In this document: positions 10,618 through 20,253 of the stretch, one piece after another
How the letters are laid out: each line of letters begins with the position of its first letter
Position numbering within the stretch: the first letter of the stretch is position 1
Source of the DNA: Elusimicrobiota bacterium
GTDB taxonomy: Bacteria; Elusimicrobiota; Elusimicrobia; FEN-1173
Assembly: GCA_016715645.1 (NCBI GenBank)
Contig: JADJZR010000004.1
Span: 101,269-165,268, forward strand
Direction: 5' to 3'
DNA length: 64,000 nucleotides
Notes under the pieces: model-generated
Seen by the model: the letters and a program-made list of their open reading frames with translations, nothing else
What the model was told of the DNA's origin: nothing
Database searches by the model: none
Program-made: the position numbers and the translations under genes

Positions 10618-11661
10618 ACGTCCTGGTGATCGGATCGGGCGGACGGGAACACGCTTTGGTGTGGGCGTTGCGCAAAAGCCAGACGGTGCGGCAAGCGTAT
10701 GCCGCGCCCGGCAACGCCGGGAGCGCCGGGTTGGCCGATTGTCTGGATGTGAACACCAAGGATGTTCGGGCGGTGATTCAGGCCATCGAGTCGAAAGAGA
10801 TCGGGCTCACGGTGATCGGGCCGGAGGCCCCGTTGGTGGACGGGTTGGCCGACGGATTGCGCGCGGCGGGCCACGCCGTGTTTGGGCCAGGCCGCGCCGC
10901 GGCTCGGTTGGAAGGGAGCAAAACGTTCGCTAAGGATTTTATGACCCGCCACGGGATTCCCACCGCCGGGTATAAGTCGTTTTCCACTCCAGCGGAAGCG
11001 TTGGGGTATGTTCAATCGGCTCAGTGGCCGGACAGTTACCGGGTGGTTAAGGCCGACGGGTTGGCCGCGGGTAAAGGCGTGGTGGTGTGCAAGAGCCGAG
11101 ACGAGGTGCAAGCCGCCGTTGAACAGATGATGGTGCACCGGGCGTTCGGCGCGGCGGGCGACCGGGTGGTGATCGAGGAGGCCATGACCGGGGAAGAACT
11201 GAGTGTGATGGCGTTAACAGACGGAGAAACCCTGTTGACCCTGCCCACCACCCAAGACCACAAACGGGTGTTCGATAAAGATGAAGGACCCAACACGGGC
11301 GGCATGGGAGCGTATGGGCCCGTGCCCCAAGTGACGAAAGAAACCTGGGCGCGGATTGAAACGGAAATTTTGGGCCGGTTTCGGGACGGCTTGAAACGGG
11401 AAAAGATCGATTACCGAGGGGTTATTTATGTCGGTCTCATGCTGACACCCACGGGGCCGCGGGTGTTGGAATTTAACGTGCGGTTCGGCGATCCGGAAAC
11501 CCAGGTGATTTTACCTCTGGTGAGTTCCGATTGGGGCAAACTGTGTGACGGGACTGGGCGAGAGCCTGGCTCTGGCCCGGGACCGGTCCTACGCCGCCGT
11601 GTCAAAAATTTCGTTCGAGGGCTCCCACCACCGCACCGACATCGCCGCCCGGGGCCTTTGA
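10614..11661 (+). pseudogene. purD: phosphoribosylamine-glycine ligase disrupted by a ~250-bp internal deletion plus frameshift
   Basis: ATGA overlap with purF. N and ATP-grasp domains intact to ...PLVSSDWGKLC (~11545). The reading then continues in another frame as VTGLGESLALARDRSYAAVSKISFEGSHHRTDIAARGL* (stop 11659-11661), which is the PurD C-terminus. About 80 aa of the C-domain are missing. Junction at ctgtgtgacg. Confidence 0.7.
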
Positions 11662-11720
11662 CCGGGATTTTCTGGTTGGCACAGGGCATTCGTTGACTTG
11701 CCAAAAGCCTGTGACGCGCA

Positions 11721-12137
11721 ATGAACCAATTTCCTGTTAATCCCGAAACATTAAAAAAGTTGGAAGAGCGGTTGCGCGCCGTGGGCGTTGAGGAACCCGA
11801 TTTGGAGGAGCGGTTTGTCCGGTCCGGAGGGCCCGGGGGACAAAACGTGAACAAGGTCTCCAGTTGCGTTATTTTGGTTCACGTCCCGTCGGGAATTACG
11901 GTCCGGTGCCAGGAAGAACGGTCGCAGGCGATGAACCGCTACCGGGCCCGGCAACGGTTGGCCGAGCGGATGGAAGAAAAAATTCTCGGCGCCGCGAGCG
12001 CGAAACGTCAAGCCATCGAACGGCTCCGCCGCCAAAAACGCCGACGGGGCCGGCGTGCCCGGGAAAAAATGCTCGCCGACAAACGCCACACCGCCCACCT
12101 CAAAGAGTCCCGCCGCCCGCCACTGGATGAAACCTAA
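11721..12137 (+). CDS. arfB: ribosome-rescue peptidyl-tRNA hydrolase ArfB (RF-1 domain, GGQ)
   Basis: 138 aa. SGGPGGQNVNK motif and basic C-terminal tail. Confidence 0.8.
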   Translation: MNQFPVNPETLKKLEERLRAVGVEEPDLEERFVRSGGPGGQNVNKVSSCVILVHVPSGITVRCQEERSQAMNRYRARQRLAERMEEKILGAASAKRQAIERLRRQKRRRGRRAREKMLADKRHTAHLKESRRPPLDET

Positions 12138-12239
12138 ACCCGGCCTATTGGCCCCTGTATAAATAAAGGTAACTGCTGTTATGTGAACATCAAGCCCCTG
12201 GGATGGGTGACGTTCAATAAAAACCCATTTTTATGCCCT

Positions 12240-13034
12240 CCCGACTTTGACAGATAAATTCAACTTTTGAGGGTCCCATCGTCGAAGGCGGGTTTCCAAA
12301 ACCGAAAATGTAGTTACACGATTTTTATTTTTCTGTGATTTTCTATTGATGATGGCGGTAAAAGTTAATGTAATGTTGCCATGTTCGTCAGACTCAATCG
12401 CAACTCTCAGGGCAAAGCCTACCTCCAACTCGTCCGCAGTTATCGAGAGGGCGGCAAGGTCTTGACACGGGCGCACCGACGTTGAATGAGCAGGCGATCT
12501 TGGAATCGCAACGACGGGATGGTTTTTTTGGTGTGGTCACGAGCGTGAAAACCGAGGCCATGAATGGGGAAGAGATCTACGAACGGTATCGGGATCTGTG
12601 GCGTGTGGAAGATGCCTTTGGAGAAATCAAAGGGCCACTGGAAACGCGTCCGATGTTTCACTGGGTGGATCCCCGGATCCAGTCCCACGTGATCATTTGT
12701 TTAATCGCATATTACATTGAGGCGATCATCACGCGAGAGCTACGAAAAGCCCAGGCCGACTTCACGGTGGGCGAGCTGTTCCGAGCGCTGAACCAGGTTC
12801 ATGCCATCCCGGTGGACGTCCGGGGAACGCGGGCGTGGGTGCGCAACGAAATGAAGGGGACGGCTACCGCAGGATACGAAATCCTGGGGCTAAAGTTACC
12901 CGACCGGGTGCTGAAGATTGAAAAGATGCAAATTAATGAGGAATCTGGGGAAAGTGTAGTGGCACAAAAAATGGCGCCAGTGCTGAAAAGTGTTGGTGGA
13001 TAGGTTTTTTTAAAATTCATGTGTCAAAGTCGGG
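12240..13034 (+). mobile_element. IS1634-family IS remnant (internally deleted) with terminal inverted repeats
   Basis: TIR cccgactttgaca (12240-12252) versus tgtcaaagtcggg (13022-13034). Transposase N-terminal 33 codons (MFVRLNRNSQGKAYLQLVRSYREGGKV, 12362-12466) and C-terminal 173 aa (12482-13003). The middle ~300 aa is absent. The 5' ~200 bp is AT-rich. Confidence 0.6.
12482..13003 (+). pseudogene. C-terminal fragment of an IS1634/IS4-like DDE transposase
   Basis: YRDLWRVEDAFGEIKGPLETRPMFH...IICLIAYYI matches the transposase C-terminal region. N-terminal and catalytic core are missing. Confidence 0.6.
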
Positions 13035-13059
13035 TTTCAATCGGGAAAGAGAAAGGCCC

Positions 13060-15530
13060 AACGACCGTAAGCCGTTGAGCCTTTCGACCCCCGTGGGGGG
13101 TTTCTCTAATGGCGGGGTTTTTAAATTTTGAAAAACTCCGTATTCCCATTTCCTTTCCGAATCTCTCCCACTCCTACTGGAGACATTATCATTTGACAGG
13201 TGACTATCCATCCGGCCGACACGATTGACCCTGTAGCATGGGCTTCCAGCCCATGTGGTTTTGCATGGGCCTTTGGAATTTAAGGGGGATGGTTGGGAGG
13301 GGGTGGCTGTGAATCTTCCTTCTCCCGTCCGTGGGAGAAGGTGTCCCGAAGGGACGGATGAGGGGCGGTTTTCCGTTGAACGAAGCCCTTGTAATTCCCT
13401 CGCCCGCTGGTGACTGCGCTAGCAAGAAATGCCGTGTGGGAACGGCCGGGAGAGGGCCAGGGAGAGGGTGGGCGTATTTCACCTCACCCCCACTGGGGGA
13501 GGCCGGTCGCAGAGCTCCCGGCACCTGGGGCGGCAGAGCCGCTGATGCGAGGCAGGGAGCGGGGGGCGTTTTTTTAGCTTCAATTTGTGCCCGCTATGCG
13601 GGCGCCACAGCGCGCCGCTGTTCTCTCCACGTTCTCGTCCAATGAATGGGACAGTAAGCAGGACAAGACCTGGATCTTCGGACCTGGCGAACGCCACGGT
13701 GACCGTGCTCGAACCCCCGGCCACCGAGAAACCCAGCGCCTTTCTTCGCTCATCGAAAACAGCCCCGCCACAGGAAGAAGAGGCCCAGCCATTTCGGGCC
13801 GGAGGAGGAAGCCGGGACCTTGGTTGAATTGCTGGACGGGGAAGAATGGGGACCGCTCCTCTTTCGGTGGATAAAAACGACTGTTCGCCAGGCCACCCAC
13901 GGCGGCGGACTGTGCGCCTGTTAAACGCTAACGGTTGATTCGTCTGCTGTTGAGGGAACAAGCGGACGACCCAACAAGCGGAGAAACCCCACGCTGGACG
14001 AACGCCCGTCGCGGCGCATCAAACGCGCCCAACTCCTGCCTCCAATTTCGACGTTTCCAGCTCCGATCCACGGGAAAAGCCGCGCGGCCTTTTTGCCGCG
14101 CCCCGCTGGGCTCCGGCGGATTCGTTCCCGCCGGACCGGTTCCGCCCATTGCTTCGGTCGGGAAACGGAAACCCGCTGACGGTTATTCTGTCAGTCGCGA
14201 GAGATGTGTTTCCCGCTCCGGTTTGCGGGAAACCCCGCGCCGGACGAACGCCCGTCGCGGCGCACCAAACGCGCCGCAACTCCTGCCTCCGATTCCAACG
14301 TTTCCAGCTCCGGTCCAACGGAGAAGCCTCGCGGCCTTTTTGGCCGCGCCCCGTGGGCTCCGGCTGAATCGTTCCCGGCCGGACCGCTTCCGCCCCTTGC
14401 TCCGGTTGGGGAAGGGAAACCCGCTGACGGTTATTCCGTCGGTCGTGGGAGATATGTTTCCCGCTCCGGTTTGCGGGAAACCCCGCGCCGGACGAACGCC
14501 CGTCGCGGCGCATTAAACGCGCCGCAACTCCTGCCTCCGATTCCGACGTTTCCAGCTCCGGTCCACCGGAAAAGCCGCGCGGCCTTTTTGGCCGCGCCCC
14601 GCTGGGCTCCGGTGGAATCGTTCCCGCCGGAGCGATTCCGCCCATTGCTCCGGTTGGGGAACGGAAACCCGCTGACGGTTATTCCGTCGGTCGCGGGAGA
14701 TATGTTTCCGGCTCCGGTTTGCGGGAAACCTCGCTCCGGACGAACGCCCGTCGCGGCGCATCAAACGCGCCGCAACTCTTGCCTCCGGTTCCGACGTTTC
14801 CCGCTCCGGTCCACGGGAAAAGCCGCGCGGCCTTTTGGCCGCGCCCATGAAGCTCCGGTGGATTCTTTCCCGCCGGACCACTTCCGCCCATCGCTTCGGT
14901 CAGGGAACGAAACCCACTGACGGTTATTTCGTCGCTCGCGGGAGATATGTTCCCGGCTCCGGTTTGCGGGAAATCCCCGCGCTGAACGAACGCCCGCCGC
15001 GGCGCATTAAACGCGCCGCAACTCCTGCCTCCGATTCCGACGTTTCCCGCTCCGGTCTACGGGAAAAGCCGCGCGGCCTTTTTGGCCGCGCCCCGCTGGG
15101 CTCCGGTGGAATCTTTCCCGCCGGACCACTTCCGTTCATCGCTCCGGTCGGGGAACGGAAACCCACTGACGGTTATTTCGTCGGTCGCAAGAGATATGTT
15201 CACAGCTCCGGTTTGTGGGAAATCATTGCTCCGGACGAACGCCCGTCGCGGCGCATGGTTTCCGGACGAGCGTCCTCCAACCAGCCCTTCGGACCCGGGG
15301 CCTGTTCGGCCCGCGCCAACCGTGTGCCGCCCGCCTCCACGGCTCGGCATTAAACGCGCCGCAACTCATGCCTCCGGTTCCGACGTTTCCCGCTCCGGTC
15401 CCACGGAGAAGCCGCGCGGCCTGAGGCCGCGCCCCGCTTCCGCCCCGGCCCCGCTCTGCGGGGCTCCACCTCCCGGCCCGCCGGTCACCTATGGGCTTCG
15501 CCCTTTCTTCGCGCGCGCACACCAAAATCA
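13060..15530. repeat. left arm of a ~2.47-kb inverted repeat (unique ~0.9 kb + tandem-repeat array); partner at 31330-33790
   Basis: Reverse complement recurs at 31330-33790. ORF-track peptides are identical on opposite strands (13204-13524 minus = 33350-33754 plus). The two tandem arrays are ~95% identical to each other. Confidence 0.9.
13996..15480. repeat. tandem array of ~6 copies of a GC-rich ~247-bp repeat (last copy has a ~95-bp insertion)
   Basis: Unit starts at 13996, 14242, 14490, 14738, 14983 and 15233 (periods 245-250). Each unit holds three GCTCCGGT motifs at spacings 92/64/92. It also contains the hairpins gcgcggcc-ttttt-ggccgcgc and gcgccg-N14-cggcgc. Confidence 0.9.
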
Positions 15531-16056
15531 AGTGGAATTCGTCGGTCCAGGAGGTGGACTCAGTCCCCTTCGGGGCCTGAGCGGGGCGGAATTGTGCCCG
15601 AACGGGCACATACCCCTCCGGGGTATACGGATAAAGGCCAGAGCAAATTCCGACACCAACTCTTAAATGCACAGACGAGTTGGGGCACGTTCACTTGTGC
15701 CCCAATTCGTCCGCAAATCGGTAGAGCAAATCCGAAAGTGCCACTGCCGCAGCCGATTAAGTCGGCCGCCCCGCCATGTCAACAGCCAAGGCGCGCGGCC
15801 TTCGGCCGCGATAGGAGCCGTCGCTCTGCTCCGGAAATATAATGGCGGCCAAGTCGTGGCCCCTCCCCCCCACGGTTCTCGCCTTCCTTCATGCTTGGTA
15901 GGCCAACGCTTTTGGCGTTTTTCTCTATCTCTGCTTTGGATCTGACGGCCGTGGCCAGGCCCCTGCCTAAGGGCAGGGGCGGGGGCGGGGCCACAGGCCG
16001 CCGCCCGTACAACCCCCCCTCCCCATTTCAAGGGCAAAACCATGAACACCTGCCCA

Positions 16057-16258
16057 CCCAGGCGCCGAAGGACACGGCTCGCCCGTAGCGCGGAGAGACC
16101 CGCGCCAGCCAGGCGCCGAACAACGCGGCTCGCCCATAACGCGGAGAGACCCGCGCCAGATGGGCGCCGAATAACGCGGCTTTTCCGGGGCGCGTAGGGA
16201 CTCGCGCCAACCAGGCGTCGAACCCCACGGCTAGCCCACTCGGCGTCAAGTGGGGCAC
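16057..16258. repeat. ~52-bp tandem repeat x4 (caggcgccgaa...cgcggagagacccgcgccag)
   Basis: Copies at 16057, 16109, 16160 and 16211, the last two degenerate. Confidence 0.8.
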
Positions 16259-16290
16259 AAAAAAAACGCTGGCAGATCTTATCCAGCGCT
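16259..16290 (-). terminator. rho-independent terminator downstream of the DUF1016/SNase gene
   Basis: Hairpin acgctgg-N10-ccagcgt followed by T8 on the minus strand. A weaker T4 follows on the plus strand. Confidence 0.6.
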
Positions 16291-16323
16291 TTTGAATATT
16301 TTCTTTTAAAAGAGGGGGGGAAC

Positions 16324-16851
16324 TCAGTAAATCCGGGCCAGTCCCCGATCGAGTAATTCTTGATTCAGCCATCGCCCGTCACGGTATACTCGGCCCCAAT
16401 CTATCCGCTCATCCAGGCTGTAAAATATGTGACCCACAAACCGCCCGTGTAAATCTTCTTTACTCGTTCGGATCACAATCTTCTGAGCCTTAGCCAATTG
16501 GTCCCGAACGTAGGCCAACGCTTCCTCCCCACCGTCTTCTTTCAACGGTGGCGTGTCCACTTCCGCCAGTCGAATTCGCTGACCAATCCACACCTCAAAC
16601 CCGAGGTCCAGTCGGACAAGCAAGGTATCGCCATCAACAACACGTTGAATCTCAGCCCGATAGATGAACGGTTCACCCTCCGGGCGCTTTAATTGTTTGG
16701 GCGGTTTCCTGTTTCCGTTTGTGGGATCTTCACCAAAATGGTCCGCTTGGATCGCTTTGACCAGTTCGTCCCGGGTCCACTTCTTTTCGACGGCCGTGGT
16801 CTCGTAAAAACGGCGGGCCTCATCGTTTTTTACCGTCAAAAGTTCCCTGAC
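16324..16851 (-). pseudogene. 3' part of a DUF1016(YhcG)_N / staphylococcal-nuclease (SNase) fusion gene split by the RIT insertion
   Basis: VRELLTVKNDEARRFYETTAVEKKWTRDEL continues the DUF1016 middle region (compare E. coli YhcG WSHNVVLIQSCKSDEERLFY). It is followed by an SNase domain (VVDGDTLLV, RLAEVDTPP, DLHGRFVGHIFY). The apparent start is TTG because this is an internal continuation. Confidence 0.7.
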
Positions 16852-16935
16852 TTATGTTGGCCTCGCACTTATGTTGGCTTCACTCCCACCTCTGACGGCA
16901 CTGTTCTCATTTTACACAACATAACGCGGGCTTGC

Positions 16936-17932
16936 TCACAACCCGGCGAGGAAGGCCATGACGCCCGGGTCCGTTTTCCAGGGTTTGACTTGGCGTCCCG
17001 TCCCGGCGACGTTGCAACGGGCCAGGGCCTTGGCCTTGGTTTCAAAATCGACCTCGGCGTAGATCAATGTGGTGTCCAGTGAAACATGCCCCAGCCAGCC
17101 GCGGATGGTGTTGATATCGACGCCTGAGCGGAGGAGGTGGACGGCGGCGGTGTGGCGGAGGGTGTGCGGGCTGATGCGTTTCTTGAGCATGTCGGGATTG
17201 GTTTTGGCGGCGACGGCGGCATATCTCTGGACGAGTTCGTAGAGGCCGAACCGCGTGATGGCTTTCCCGCCGCGGCTGATGAAGACCGGATCTTCGGGCG
17301 TGCGGCCTGCGGTCAAGCGCTTGAGGGCTTTGACCGTTTCCGGCCAAAGCGGGCAGAAGCGCGTCTTGCGGCCTTTGCCCAGAATTTTGACGGAGGACGA
17401 TCGCCCGAGGTCCAAGTCTTGGATGGTGAGTCGGGCGACTTCATCGGCGCGGGCGCCGGTGTTGTAGAAAAAGAGCAGCACGGCGTAGTCGCGGAACCCG
17501 AGTGAATCCTTAATATTCGGGGCCAGCCTGAGCGCGTCCATTTCCGATTTGTCGAGGTAGGGGACCTGGGGCCTGCCTGTTTTTCTTGAAAGGGACGACA
17601 TGAAGAGCTGAACACCAGGCGACGTGTTCCGGGCTATGCAAGGCGATGAATCGTGCGAGTGAATGGACGGCCGCCAGCCTGTGGTTGCGTGTGGCGATTG
17701 AACAGTGGCGGACCTCTTCCAGGTGGGCGAGGAAACGGCGGATGGCGTCCGGGGAGAGGTCCTCCACATCCAGGCGGTCGACGGGTTTTCGGGCGAGCCC
17801 TGCGGCGAAGGGGAGCAAGAGGACCAAGGCGTCGCGGTAGCTGGCCTGGGTTTGGAGCGCCAGGTTGCGCTCACCGACGATATGCTCCAAGAGAAAGCGT
17901 CGAATCCAGGTACCGACGAGGGCGTTAGACAT
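16936..17932 (-). pseudogene. tyrosine recombinase (ritC-like), frameshifted near 17560-17600
   Basis: N-terminal core-binding domain in one frame (17932-17510). Catalytic domain (HTLRHTAAVHLL...LGHVSLDTTLIYAEV) in another frame. Frames overlap at FKKNRQAPGPLP / SRKTGRPQVPYLD in a C/G run. Confidence 0.7.
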
Positions 17933-18869
17933 GGGAATCCTCCGAAAAGGCGTAGCGGTGGAAGCGGCGGTTGGCGGCGGCGAGGAGCTCCGGGGTCAAG
18001 GTGAGATAGACCTGCGTGTCTTGAAGATGGCGATGGCCCAGGTAAACAGAGAGATGATGGAGTCTTGTGGAGAGGTCCGCGCCCGGCGGCATTCAGGCCA
18101 GGAGCCTGTGGACGGCGGCCGAATGTCGGAGGTCGTGGAGCCGTGGCTAGTAGCGTGCGTCGGCTTCCCGACGGACGCCCGCCTGGTTGCAGATTCGTCG
18201 AAACCAGCATTCGACGGTGGGATGGGACAGGCGGCGACCCGAGCGACGGCCGACGAAGAAGGGTTCTGTCGTTGAGGAGGATTTTGCCCATGGCTTTCGT
18301 TTGACGGCGTAGGCCGTGAGGACTTGGGCCAGCTTGGGGCCAATGGGGACCAGACGTGTCTTGAAGAACTTGGTGTCGCGGATGGTGAGGATCCTCTGGT
18401 CCAGGTCCACGTCGGCGACGGTGAGGAGATCGCCTCGCCGATGCGCAGGGCCGCGCCGTAGAGGGTGAGCAGGACGGCGTGGAGCGTGAAAGGCTCCAGC
18501 TCGTAGGCGAGCTTCATCCGCATATGAGCGACGGCCGCGAGGATCCGGCGGATTTCCTCCGGGCGTAGATGTAGGGTTTCATGCGCTCGGGTTTCTTGGG
18601 TTCGAAGGCCGGGAGGGGCAGTGGAAGGGGAATCTCTCTTCCCGCGCGAAGCGCTGGAGGCCCCGGAGGGCGCTGGCCTTGTGGTGCCAGTATTGGGTAA
18701 GTGGCCCTGAACCGTTGAGAGGCCAGGACCTTGTCGGGTGAAATGCGGCGGTGGTTGCTTTTTCCGATCGTTCGACGAACAGGCGCAGGGCGCGGGCGTA
18801 TGTATCGAACTTCTTGCCAAGGGAGCGTTTGTAGGCGATGTAGCGCTCAACGAGGACGGGGAGCTTCAT
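17929..18869 (-). pseudogene. tyrosine recombinase (ritB-like), at least 3-4 frameshifts
   Basis: Pieces in different frames: MKLPVLVERYIAYKRSLG; HETLHLRPEEIRRILAAV...LYGAALRIGEAI; DLDQRILTIRDTKFFKTRLVPIG; LHDLRHSAAVHRLLA; LGHRHLQDTQVYLTLTPELLAAANRRFHRYAFSEDSHV*. Stop overlaps the ritC ATG. Confidence 0.65.
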
Positions 18870-20100
18870 AGGACCTCCCCCAAGTCGAAGGCGGCGACGT
18901 CGCGTAACGCCGGGAGGTCGACTTTGGCGTAATGTCGGGTGGCGTCGGCGCTCCTGTGGCCGAGGTGGTTGCCGATTTCGGGCAGGGAGAAACCTTCGGA
19001 AACGAGCCGGCTGGCGCAGGCGTGGCGGAGGCAGTGGGGCCCGCGATGGAGGAGCTTGATCCCGGCGCGGTCGATGGGGTTGGCGACGACGGTCCAGAGG
19101 GCCGCGGAGGAGATCGGCCGGACAGGGGCCAAGAGACATAGGAAGACCTCGCGGTGGTGGGTCTTGGGGCGGACCTCTTTCAGGTAACGCAGGATGGCCC
19201 GGCCGACCGAAGGGATAAGCGGATATGTCTGGCGGCGGCGCTGCTTGGTCCTGGGAACGGTGATGCGATCACGGCGCCAGTCGATGTCGTCCAGGCAAAG
19301 GCGGGCGACCTCACCGGCCCTGAAGCCGTAGACGGCGAAAAGGAGGAGGATGGCCCTATTGCGGACGTGGGAGGGGCGGCCGGTGTTCAGGGCGGCGAGG
19401 AGGCGCTTAACCTCGGCCAGAGGGCCCGCGGGGCAGACCTTCGCGGGAATAAATAGTCGGGCCATGGAAGGCATCGGCGAGGCCCGGAGAGCAGAGGCGT
19501 CGGATTTCGGCGTATCGCAGGAAGGACCTGGTGGCGTTGGCGACGTTGAGGACACCGACGCGGGAGAGGCCCTGGGCATGACAGGCGGCCAGGAAGTCGT
19601 CAAGGTCGACGACGCGTAGGCAGAAGAGCGGACGATTCTTCGGTTCCCACCACCGGAGGAAGGTGAGGAGGCTGTATTTGCGGTTCTTGAGCGAACCGAC
19701 GGAGAAACCGCGCTCATGCTCCAGCCAATTGAGGGAAATCCCGGTAGAGGGTCCACAGGGGCCCGGCAGCGGGAGTGGGATCCTTCCAGCGGCCGAAGAA
19801 ACGGAGCCATTGTTTAAGCAGACGTCGGAGTGTCTTGCGAAGATAGGGTAAAACCCGGCCATGACGTTGGCGGACGAAGCGCGCGATGACCGCCTCCACG
19901 CCGGCCGTGTCATGGACCCCGTCGGCCAAGAGCTGGATTGCGGGGACCAAACGGAGCAGGTCCACGGCGGTTTGGGCCAGGTGTCCTGGTTTGTATCCTT
20001 GACGGTCGAGTTGGGCAAGAAATCGCCGGCGTTCTTCTGACAGCGGGGCAGCTTTGTGGCGGGCAACGGCGGACGGGAGCGAGAAGATTTTATCGAACAT
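18866..20100 (-). pseudogene. tyrosine recombinase (ritA-like), two or more frameshifts
   Basis: N-terminal extension MFDKIF... (20100-~19745). Core-binding domain GISLNWLEHERGFS...RSFLRYAEI (~19742-19410). Catalytic domain RNRAILLLFAVYGFRAGE...HCLRHACASRLV...LGHRSADATRHYAKVD (to 18866). Confidence 0.65.
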
Positions 20101-20253
20101 GGTCGGGCACCTCCGAGGGATTGGATACACCCAACCAATACAGCGACTTGTTATGTTATGTCAAGGCAAGGCGTGCTCGACAGAAACAGAGGGCAAAGCC
20201 AACATAAGTACGAGCCCAACATAATACCGCTTATGTTATGCACAACATAAGCG

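Larger units (their letters stand above)
16852..20253 (-). mobile_element. recombinase-in-trio (RIT) element, 3402 bp, three tyrosine recombinase genes each frameshifted
   Basis: Termini ttatgttggcctcgcacttatgttggc (16852-) and its imperfect inverted copy at 20222-20253. Contains ritA/ritB/ritC-like genes in one orientation with overlapping ATGA/ATGTCTAA junctions. Confidence 0.75.

Noticed and set aside
13100-13930. tmRNA / RNase P RNA / group II intron domain V in the inverted-repeat arms
   Set aside because: I looked for the tmRNA 5' GGGG..., a tag ORF ending in LAA, RNase P GGAAAGUCCGG and ACAGAACCCGGCUUA, and group II domain V GAGC...; none was present. A T-loop-like gggggttcgagc exists but lacks a complementary stem.
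14019-15353. Long ORFs on both strands across the tandem repeats (e.g. 14204-14920 +, 14019-14645 -, 32230-32946 +)
   Set aside because: The peptides are translations of the repeat itself (periodic, Pro/Arg/Gly-rich). The period is not a multiple of 3 and copies differ by indels. They are GC-rich stop-free artifacts.
13996-15480. CRISPR array interpretation of the repeat region
   Set aside because: The period is ~247 bp, the intervening 'spacers' are themselves repeated, and no cas genes are present. It is a tandem repeat, not repeat-spacer.
16936-18291. 451-aa ORF as a single tyrosine recombinase
   Set aside because: Only the C-terminal ~220 aa are recombinase-like. The N-terminal 230 aa are out-of-frame read-through of ritB and ritC sequence. 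The true N-terminal domain is in the 17510-17932 frame.
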